23,064 nt of DNA from a candidate division FCPU426 bacterium (lineage in GTDB: Bacteria > Oederibacteriota > JAAXVQ01 > JAUVAV01): NCBI GenBank assembly GCA_030637655.1, contig DAOWGI010000044.1:1-23064 (forward strand), read 5' to 3'. The notes under the pieces were generated by a model, which made no database searches, was not told the DNA's origin, and was given only the letters and a program-made list of their open reading frames with translations. The translations under genes and the position numbers were made by a program. Position 1 is the stretch's first letter, and each line of letters starts with the position of its first letter. Shown here piece after piece: positions 16,212 through 23,064 of the stretch.

Positions 16212-18295
16212 GACTGCACTGCTCCTTCCGGGAAGTAATGCTTTAAGATCTTTTGATAATCATAACCCTGACGACCCATGGCTCCGGCTCCGACCTGACA
16301 CAAACCCACGCCATGGCCCCAACCACCTCCCCAGATTATCCAGGCCCGTGGCGGGGCTTTAGGTTGTTCCGGCTCCGGAATGGGCAAGACAGCAAATAAA
16401 TTACTGCGCAGACCTCCCAAAGCGGAACGAATATAATCCCCGCGAATGCTTTTTTTACCGCTGCTGCCTTTAACCAGAATCTTACGAACATAAGCGCTTG
16501 GACTTCGCTCAGTGATGCGTAACTCCTGCAGTGTTCCTATCCCATAACGCCGGTCAAGTACTGCGGACAACTCTCCTTGCGTTAATATTTTTATCCACCG
16601 AAAATTTCTAGCTGCCGAATATTTGGGTGTATTGCAAAAAACTTCCGGATTTTCCGCCAACCACGGATTGATCGCGCCAGGCGCCAAGGGCAAACTCCGA
16701 ATCTGCAACGTATTCCCGGTAAAATCATACACCCCTTGCGGGTGATAGATATCTGGAAATTTATTTTGCCAGGCTTCCTGAGGTCCTTGGGTCATTCCTC
16801 CACAGGAATGAGAATAAAAAGTTGGCAAATATTTTTTTCCCTTTTTTAGTACCTCATACCGGGTCTCGACTACTGCCTGAAACGTGCGCGGATGTTCGGC
16901 ACTCACACCCCGATACATCGCGCAGTGCACATTGCTGCATACGTCAAAGCCCTCTTGGTTATGTTTTTTTCGGCGCAACCAGGTATCGGTCCGCGCCACC
17001 ACGGTTTGTGCTTTTAAAGCTTCCAAAGGCCACAACGCCGGCATCTCTCCGGGGATAACACTCAACAGATACTCATTCATAGAAAGCTCATTGACCAAAC
17101 GCAGACGTTTACAGCGTGGTTGCACTTCCAGTTTCCCACGGTAATACCGGTTTTTTCGCTCACCCACGCTCCACAAATAACCGCTGTTCTGATACAAATT
17201 GATAACCACCATAACTTGTTTTGTATCCAAAGGCTTGAGAATCATTCTTTTGCGAAATCGTTTGAGACGTTTTCCTTCCCAGTTTTTCAAAACCCAACCG
17301 CCCTGCGGATGCCGCTCAATCCGGTACCCGGTCTTTGCCAATCCCTGCCAAAACTGTTTGCCATGAATATTTACTGCGCGCCACTCACCCAAACAAGCAA
17401 AGGCCAGGCCGGGCAGTTTTTGTCCCAAACCAACGCGAATTCGAGGAGCCTTTTTGTCTGTAGGAAAGAATGGTATCGCAAGCGCTTCAAATTCCGGGGG
17501 ATCCGGCGCTGCCTTGGCGATCACCACTTCCGGGGTGGGTGTAATGGTGGGTGTGGGAATACGCGGTTTTAAAGCAGCTAAGGCTTGCTTCACTTCCTGA
17601 GCATTGCCGATTACCGAGCGTACTTTTCTCCATTGCTTGAGCGCCTTATCCCACTCTTCATTCTGCTCAGCAAAGAGTGCCAAATCACGATGTACTTGCC
17701 ACAAACTCGGATCAATTTTAACGGTCTTTCCAAACTCTTCATTGGCCCGGGACACAAAATAGTCGCGCTCGGTGGTCGCGGATTCCGCCAAGCGATGAAA
17801 AGCACGAGCCAAGTAGAGATGAATACTTCCTTGAGCAGGACTCTGCGCCTGCGCTTTCCAAAAATGTTCAGCCGCTTTGGCATAATTGCCTTGCACATAA
17901 TCAAGCAAGCCTAAAAACAAACGAGCCCGGCCATGTTTCCCGGGCTGTTCTAAAACATATTCAAACTCATAGCGGGCATCAGCAAAATCACCGGCCGCCA
18001 GCAAAGCTTCGCCTAAAAGTTGACCGCGTATTCCGGCTTGGGCCAATACTTTCTGCGCTTGGTGATATTGCTGATCAGCTTGCAAGACCGCGGCCAGATC
18101 CATGGCTAGGGCCTGATTTTTTCGATCTCGAATCCAAAGCCGGTGATATTCCTCAATAGCCGTCGCATACGCACCGCGATAAAAACCAACACAGCCCCGT
18201 TTCTCATCACCGGGCAACAGGCGACTGCCGGCCTGCAGAAACACAGGATAGAGCGCCAGGCATAACAATCCAATCGTCTGTACAATTCTTCTCAT
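16202..18295 (-). CDS. Exported TPR-repeat + SpoIID/LytB domain protein (putative lytic transglycosylase / amidase enhancer)
   Basis: Signal peptide; TPR-like helices; PTPTITPTP linker; YL.SVIPGEMP..WPLEALKAQ.VVART, DVC...HC..YRG, FY.HSCGG, G.GWGHGVGLCQ.GA...Y..IL.HYFP. Confidence 0.92.
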   Translation of the reverse strand: MRRIVQTIGLLCLALYPVFLQAGSRLLPGDEKRGCVGFYRGAYATAIEEYHRLWIRDRKNQALAMDLAAVLQADQQYHQAQKVLAQAGIRGQLLGEALLAAGDFADARYEFEYVLEQPGKHGRARLFLGLLDYVQGNYAKAAEHFWKAQAQSPAQGSIHLYLARAFHRLAESATTERDYFVSRANEEFGKTVKIDPSLWQVHRDLALFAEQNEEWDKALKQWRKVRSVIGNAQEVKQALAALKPRIPTPTITPTPEVVIAKAAPDPPEFEALAIPFFPTDKKAPRIRVGLGQKLPGLAFACLGEWRAVNIHGKQFWQGLAKTGYRIERHPQGGWVLKNWEGKRLKRFRKRMILKPLDTKQVMVVINLYQNSGYLWSVGERKNRYYRGKLEVQPRCKRLRLVNELSMNEYLLSVIPGEMPALWPLEALKAQTVVARTDTWLRRKKHNQEGFDVCSNVHCAMYRGVSAEHPRTFQAVVETRYEVLKKGKKYLPTFYSHSCGGMTQGPQEAWQNKFPDIYHPQGVYDFTGNTLQIRSLPLAPGAINPWLAENPEVFCNTPKYSAARNFRWIKILTQGELSAVLDRRYGIGTLQELRITERSPSAYVRKILVKGSSGKKSIRGDYIRSALGGLRSNLFAVLPIPEPEQPKAPPRAWIIWGGGWGHGVGLCQVGAGAMGRQGYDYQKILKHYFPEGAVQSWK

Positions 18296-18317
18296 AAGCG
18301 CGCTACCCTATAGGTAC

Positions 18318-19076
18318 TCAGGATTTCAATCGGACTGCTCGTCCCAACCAGATCAACATCCCGCCGGCCAGTCCCATGGCAAACAAAGCAATAAACTGTG
18401 AGGTAGACAACCAAGAAAACAGCAGCGAACCTCGAATCTCATCCCCACGTAAAAATTCCAAACCAAAACGCAATACAGCATAGCCGAAAATATACAGCCA
18501 GACAAGTTGTCCAACGTATTGACGTTTGGGCCGAAAAGCCAGCAGACCCAAAAACAGAAGCAGATTGGCAACACTCTCCATAAGTTGGGTGGGCAGGTGG
18601 GGCAGATTATCACCCAGACTTGGAAAAATAACTCCCCAGGTAGTATTTACCGGACCGTAGCAGCAGCCGTTGAAGAAACAACCCAATCTTCCTATGGCAT
18701 GACCCAGAGCCGCATACGGCGCACAAATATCCAAAATCTGCCAAGTTGAGAGTTGCTTTTTCCGGCAATACAGAATCACCGCCAAGATAGACATAAACAA
18801 ACCACCGTAAAAAATCAAGCCACCTTGCCAGATTTTAAAAACATCCAATACGTTTTCCACAAATTCATGCCAGGAAACAATCACATACAAAACCCGGCCG
18901 CCCAGAATTCCACCTATAACAATCCACAAGGTCATGTCTAAAAAGGTATCCGAATCAATCCCCTCGCGTCCGGCTTGTTTCCAGGCCAAAACAATGGACA
19001 CCGCAAAAGCCAGGGCAACCATCAAGCCATAGGTTTTTAAGGTGAAGGGACCAATTGAAAATAGAATGGGATGCAT
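18318..19076 (-). CDS. lgt: Prolipoprotein diacylglyceryl transferase
   Basis: HPILF.IGP...YGLM, ILGGRVLYV, IWQGGL.FYGG, IGRLGCFFNGCCYG, PTQL.ES, RF.LEFLRGD. Confidence 0.96.
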   Translation of the reverse strand: MHPILFSIGPFTLKTYGLMVALAFAVSIVLAWKQAGREGIDSDTFLDMTLWIVIGGILGGRVLYVIVSWHEFVENVLDVFKIWQGGLIFYGGLFMSILAVILYCRKKQLSTWQILDICAPYAALGHAIGRLGCFFNGCCYGPVNTTWGVIFPSLGDNLPHLPTQLMESVANLLLFLGLLAFRPKRQYVGQLVWLYIFGYAVLRFGLEFLRGDEIRGSLLFSWLSTSQFIALFAMGLAGGMLIWLGRAVRLKS

Positions 19077-19098
19077 AATTTCCTTTTACGGATTACGC

Positions 19099-19665
19099 CT
19101 AAGAATCCGGACTTTTAAATTGGGTTTGAAAGGTAATGAGCAACAACCAACTCACACCAATAACGACTGCTGAATCAGCCACATTGAAAACCGGAAAATG
19201 AAACGTCCGGTAGCTCACTTCAATAAAATCCACAACAGTTCCGGTTGTGACTCTGTCCAATAAATTCCCCATCGCTCCGGCGCAGACCAAGCCCAAAGGC
19301 AGCATTAATCTCGGATCACGCCTTTGTTCATAATAGGCAACAATGGTTAATACAATCACAGCCACAGACTTAACCGCGATTAAAAAAGCCGTCCGCCAGG
19401 GCGAATCCACATTGGCCAACAGGCTGAACGCGGCCCCGGTATTTCGGACATAGGTAAGCTTTAGGATTTGTCCCAGCAAAGGAATACTTTGATACAATAC
19501 CATGGTATGTGTCACAATCCACTTGCTGATAATATCCAAAATAAAAATTATGCCAAAAATCGTCCAATACAGAAAAATCGGATCGAATTTAAAAGTTTTA
19601 GAAACGCTTTCTCCGTTTGCATCTACCAGTACATCGCGTGCTCGGAACAATGCCCGAAATTTCAC
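19099..19665 (-). CDS. lspA: Lipoprotein signal peptidase II
   Basis: LD.ISK, LTYVRNTGAAFSL, GAMGNLLDR...G.VVDFI, FPVFNVADSA..IG. The start is uncertain; the GTG at 19665 just after the ileS stop was chosen. Confidence 0.95.
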   Translation of the reverse strand: MKFRALFRARDVLVDANGESVSKTFKFDPIFLYWTIFGIIFILDIISKWIVTHTMVLYQSIPLLGQILKLTYVRNTGAAFSLLANVDSPWRTAFLIAVKSVAVIVLTIVAYYEQRRDPRLMLPLGLVCAGAMGNLLDRVTTGTVVDFIEVSYRTFHFPVFNVADSAVVIGVSWLLLITFQTQFKSPDS

Positions 19666-19667
19666 TA

Positions 19668-22478
19668 TTACACCTTCTCTTTCTTCGCTGCTGTGGGTTG
19701 CAGCTGTTTCACGACATCCAGACAACGGTTACACAAACCGGGGTGTTCCTCACTTTTCCCCACACTTGGCAATACCCGCCAACACCGTTCACACTTTTTC
19801 CAGGGCGCTTTTTCCACCCAAATCATCATCTCCGGACCGGCTGCTCCGGCTTCTTCCAACTCTACTGCTGAAACCACAAAATAAGCTGCCAACTGCTCAA
19901 GATGACCGGCCAACCAAGACCGTTTGGCGCCCCGCACGCGAATCCGGACCAAAGCTTCGTAAGAATGGCGAATGGATTTCTGATTGCGTGTTTCTTCCAG
20001 TTTTTTCATCACTTCCGAGCGTATTTCCAATAATCCTTCCCACACTTCTGCCAAGGCCTCGTCCTGCCAGTCTTTGGGTATGCCTAACCAAGTGGCTAAA
20101 TGCACGGATTTGGCATCCTCTTTGGCCGGAATCAGTCCTTGCGCCTGCATGGCCAGCCAGGTCTCTTCTGCTGTATGCACTAGAACCGGCGCCAGAAAAC
20201 GTACCAAATGACGTAGTATATGCCACATCGTTGTCTGCGCGCTCAAGCGCGAATGTGAGGTTGCGCCATCCGCGTACAACCGATCCTTGAGAACATCAAA
20301 ATAAAAGGAGGAAAGATCCGTGGCACAAAATTTTTGGAGTAATTGGTAAAAACGGTAAAACTCAAATTGATCACAGGCTTGGGTGGTTTGAACAACTAAG
20401 GCCTGTAAACGATGCAGCATTAAACGATCCAATTCAAGCTGATCTTTTCTTTTCAAGGCCTGATCAGGCTTAAAGCCGGAAAGATTGCCCAATAGAAACC
20501 GGAGTGAATTCCGTATCCGGCGATAGCTATCCACCATACGTTTGAATATTTCTTCGGAAAAACGGACATCATTTTGAATATTTTCCGATGTCACCCAGAG
20601 ACGTAGAATATCCGCCCCACCGTACCGTTGGATAGCTTCATTAGCTGTAATAAAATTCCCTAAAGATTTTGACATCTTTTTGCCGTCTCCATCCACAGCA
20701 TACCCATGGGTCATGACTGTTTGGTACGGCGGTTTCCCGGTAGTAGCGGACGCGGTTAATAATGAGACTTGAAACCAACCCCGGTGTTGATCCGAACCTT
20801 CCAAATACAGGTCTGCCGGAAACCTCAATTCCTTACGGGTATTTAAAACCGCAGCATGACTTACACCCGAATCAAACCAGACATCCAAAATATCCGTTTC
20901 TCCCCGAAAACCGGCAGCTCCGCACTTGCTGCAACGCGTGCCAATTGGAACCAATTTTTCAGCTTCCGGAGTAAACCAGGCATCCGCGCTTTCCCGCGCA
21001 AACAACTGCTCCACGGACTTGAAAATTTCCTCGGACAGTAAGGGTTCTTGGCATGCTTCACAATAGAAAACCGGCAGAGGCACACCCCAGGCACGTTGCC
21101 GCGAAAGACACCAATCCGGCCGGCCGGCGACCATGGACCCAATCCGGTTTTGAGATACCGCCGGTATCCAGGTCACATCATTTTCAATATGATCCAAGAG
21201 CTGTTGCCGAAAATTATCATGATCCACCCGCATAAACCATTGCTCTGTGGCGCGAAAAATAATGGGTGTCCGATGCCGCCAACAATGCGGATAAGAATGG
21301 GTGATCTCAGTAACATGCATTAAAGAACCGTTTTCTTTCATCATGTTCACAATCTTGGGATTGGCTTTTAAAACAAATTCTCCTGCCATTTCCGAAAAAG
21401 CAGCCGTAAAGCAACCGTTTGGCCCCACTGGATTGTATACTTCCAAATCATTTTCCAAACCAATCACATAATCTTCCTGACCATGACCGGGCGCAGTGTG
21501 AACACAACCGGTTCCTGCTTCCAGAGTAACGTGCTTGCCAACAATAACCGGCACTTGGAGATCAAGAAAAGGATGTTGGAGTTGCATTCCAGCCAACGCC
21601 TCACCGGCAATTTCACCGTATGAGGTGTAGCTTCGTCCCATAGCCTCCCAATTGGACGCGACCAATTTTTTAGCCAGGATATAGTATTCTCCGTCTGATT
21701 CAATACATATATAGGTAAATTCCGGATGCACCGATACAGCTTTATTGGCCGGCAAGGTCCAGGGTGTGGTGGTCCAAATCGGCACATACACTTTGCCCTT
21801 GGGACGCTCACCCAACTCTTCCGGCCATCCCTGCTTCACCTCAAAACGGACTGTAATCGAGGAACTGGTATGATCCGCATACTCAACTTCCGCCTCAGCG
21901 AGCGCACTCTGACAACTGGTGCACCAATATACCGGTTTAAGCCCCCGGTAAATCATGCCTTTCATGGCCAGCTCTCCGAAGATCCTGACAATCACGGCTT
22001 GATACTTCGGATCCATGGTCAAATAAGGGTTGTCCCATTCTCCCAATACGCCCAAACGCTTAAATTGTTCCCGCTGGTGATTCACAAAACGCTCGGCATA
22101 TGCCCGGCATTCCGAACGTACGCGCTGCCGGTCTTTTGCTTCTTCCGCTGACATCTGAGCAACCACTTTGTGTTCAATCGGCATACCATGGCAGTCCCAA
22201 CCAGGAACATAGGGAGCATCAAAACCGCGCATGCTCTTGTATTTGACAATCATGTCCTTGGAGATTTTATTAAATGCCGTCCCGATATGCACATCACCAT
22301 TGGCGTAGGGTGGCCCGTCATGCAAAATAAACTTTGGCTTCCTGCCGGCTTGTTTCCGCAACAGGCTGTAGAGGTCCATTTCCGCCCAACGCGCTTGCAT
22401 CTGCGGTTCACGGACATTGAGTTCAGCCTTCATGGGAAACTCTGTTTGAGGTAAATTAAGAGTCTCACGATAATCCAT
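19668..22478 (-). CDS. ileS: Isoleucine--tRNA ligase (type 1)
   Basis: MDY..TLNLP.T.FPM, LHDGPPYANG, HIGT, PGWDCHGMPIE, WTTTPWT, GTGCVHTAPGHG, DWCLSRQR.WG, EGSDQHRGWF, KMSKS, C-terminal CERCW..CNRC zinc motif. ATG at 22478 with AAGGAG Shine-Dalgarno. Confidence 0.99.
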   Translation of the reverse strand: MDYRETLNLPQTEFPMKAELNVREPQMQARWAEMDLYSLLRKQAGRKPKFILHDGPPYANGDVHIGTAFNKISKDMIVKYKSMRGFDAPYVPGWDCHGMPIEHKVVAQMSAEEAKDRQRVRSECRAYAERFVNHQREQFKRLGVLGEWDNPYLTMDPKYQAVIVRIFGELAMKGMIYRGLKPVYWCTSCQSALAEAEVEYADHTSSSITVRFEVKQGWPEELGERPKGKVYVPIWTTTPWTLPANKAVSVHPEFTYICIESDGEYYILAKKLVASNWEAMGRSYTSYGEIAGEALAGMQLQHPFLDLQVPVIVGKHVTLEAGTGCVHTAPGHGQEDYVIGLENDLEVYNPVGPNGCFTAAFSEMAGEFVLKANPKIVNMMKENGSLMHVTEITHSYPHCWRHRTPIIFRATEQWFMRVDHDNFRQQLLDHIENDVTWIPAVSQNRIGSMVAGRPDWCLSRQRAWGVPLPVFYCEACQEPLLSEEIFKSVEQLFARESADAWFTPEAEKLVPIGTRCSKCGAAGFRGETDILDVWFDSGVSHAAVLNTRKELRFPADLYLEGSDQHRGWFQVSLLTASATTGKPPYQTVMTHGYAVDGDGKKMSKSLGNFITANEAIQRYGGADILRLWVTSENIQNDVRFSEEIFKRMVDSYRRIRNSLRFLLGNLSGFKPDQALKRKDQLELDRLMLHRLQALVVQTTQACDQFEFYRFYQLLQKFCATDLSSFYFDVLKDRLYADGATSHSRLSAQTTMWHILRHLVRFLAPVLVHTAEETWLAMQAQGLIPAKEDAKSVHLATWLGIPKDWQDEALAEVWEGLLEIRSEVMKKLEETRNQKSIRHSYEALVRIRVRGAKRSWLAGHLEQLAAYFVVSAVELEEAGAAGPEMMIWVEKAPWKKCERCWRVLPSVGKSEEHPGLCNRCLDVVKQLQPTAAKKEKV

Positions 22479-22499
22479 TGCTCTCTCCTTTATTTCGTG

Positions 22500-22535
22500 A
22501 ATAAAGGGGACAGGTATCAAACCGTCCCCTTTATT
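22500..22535. repeat. Inverted repeat in the ileS 5' leader
   Basis: AATAAAGGGGAC-N12-GTCCCCTTTATT, followed by a T-run on the plus strand. Confidence 0.7.
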
Positions 22536-22560
22536 TTTTTATATTAAATTAATTTGGCCT

Positions 22561-22589
22561 ATATTATCACTCACAGCTTCGACTGTCAA
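22561..22589 (-). promoter_or_regulatory. Sigma70 promoter for the ileS operon
   Basis: Perfect TTGACA (22589-22584), 17 bp spacer ending TGa, TAATAT (22566-22561). Confidence 0.7.
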
Positions 22590-22609
22590 CGGCGGGTTAT
22601 CTTTGTATG

Positions 22610-23000
22610 GTAGGGGCGACCCTCGCGGTCGCCCTGGCCCTTGCGGTCGTCTCTGGGCCCGGGTTGTTAGGGCACCCGCGAGGGGTGTGCCTACGATATT
22701 AATTATCCCGTGTATATGATTCGGCATTACAATCATTTCATCCGTTCATCATTCGTAGGGGCGACCCTTGCGGTCGCCCTGTTCATTGCGCTCGTCTGGG
22801 CCCGGGTTGTTAGGGCACCCGCAAGGGGTGCCCCTACGATATTTTATGCATACGTTTGCGTAGGGGCGAAACCACTTGTCCTGAGCGAAGTCGAAGGATG
22901 TTTTCGCCCCTGTTTGCGTTTTCGTCCCGATTTATATTATCGCCTGATTTTGGGGGCGATTACGTGAATTGTAGGGGCGATTACATGGAATCGCCCCTAC
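22610..23000. repeat. REP cluster: two copies of an inward-facing REP doublet (22610-22694, 22755-22837) plus single REPs (22860-22912, 22971-23000)
   Basis: GTAGGGGCGACCCT(C/T)GCGGTCGCCCTG...TCTGGGCCCGGGTTGTTAGGGCACCCGC(G/A)AGGGGTG..CCTAC occurs twice; also GTAGGGGCGAAAC...TTTTCGCCCCT and GTAGGGGCGATT...AATCGCCCCTAC. Confidence 0.92.
22695..22745 (-). pseudogene. Isolated fragment of a REP-associated tyrosine transposase (RAYT/TnpA-REP) carrying the HUH motif
   Basis: TDEMIVMPNHIHGIINI(VG) matches the D.fvvMPNHiHgIi motif of Y1 HUH RAYTs. Two in-frame TGA stops lie immediately upstream (22746-22751). Confidence 0.8.
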
Positions 23001-23064
23001 ACCGTCATTTTACGAACAACATCCGGATGGTTTTCATCCAATTCCCATTTCATGGGATTGTTCA
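22997..23064 (-). mobile_element. 3' end of a RAYT (Y1 HUH transposase) gene running off the window edge
   Basis: The frame reads NNPMKWELDENHPDVVRKMTV*, matching the YI..NP..W..D..NP C-terminus of RAYTs. Its TAG stop is part of the GTAG of the adjacent REP. Only 21 codons are visible. Confidence 0.72.

Noticed and set aside
12291-18295. Sporulation locus (spoVG + spoIID)
   Set aside because: Both families are widespread in non-sporulating bacteria, and no sporulation-specific genes are present.
18800-18830. Lgt inactivation (GGLIFYGG where E. coli has GGMSFHGG)
   Set aside because: To my knowledge Tyr at this position is common in Lgt homologues, and the other motifs are intact.
19502-20290. 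262-aa plus-strand ORF
   Set aside because: Fully antisense to ileS/lspA with no recognisable motifs, so most likely a shadow ORF. The same applies to the other short plus-strand ORFs overlapping housekeeping genes.
22479-22610. T-box riboswitch upstream of ileS
   Set aside because: No GGTGGNACCGCG T-box motif on the minus strand, and the leader is too short.
22539-22967. 65-aa and 85-aa ORFs as functional genes
   Set aside because: They are mostly translated REP sequence, and the 65-aa ORF runs across the ileS promoter. Only the HUH fragment is meaningful.

Overview
A mostly minus-strand bacterial chromosomal segment with two parts. (1) 5.5-22.6 kb is a conserved housekeeping string: ileS-lspA-lgt-[TPR-SpoIID/LytB]-rluD-[TPR lipoprotein]-ispE-spoVG-tRNA-Gln-glmU-prs-rplY-pth-comEA-like-mgtC-like-lipoprotein-surE-tRNA-Val. 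(2) Downstream of tRNA-Val (1-5.4 kb) is accessory DNA: an ~1 kb tandem array of GTAG-type REP hairpins interrupted by the 3' end of a cobN/Mg-chelatase-H gene, then an AT-rich 1352-aa DUF4062-NACHT (bacterial NLR-like, probably anti-phage) gene. The window is rich in GTAG-family REPs. The 3' end of a likely REP-associated HUH tyrosine transposase (RAYT) and a second RAYT fragment lie at the right edge. The most unusual signals are gene fragments bounded by REPs (cobN, RAYT HUH motif), REP GTAG motifs that supply the TAG stop codon of four ORFs, and REPs with other hairpins inserted in their loops. All calls come from reading the sequence and recognising motifs; no database searches or folding programs were run.
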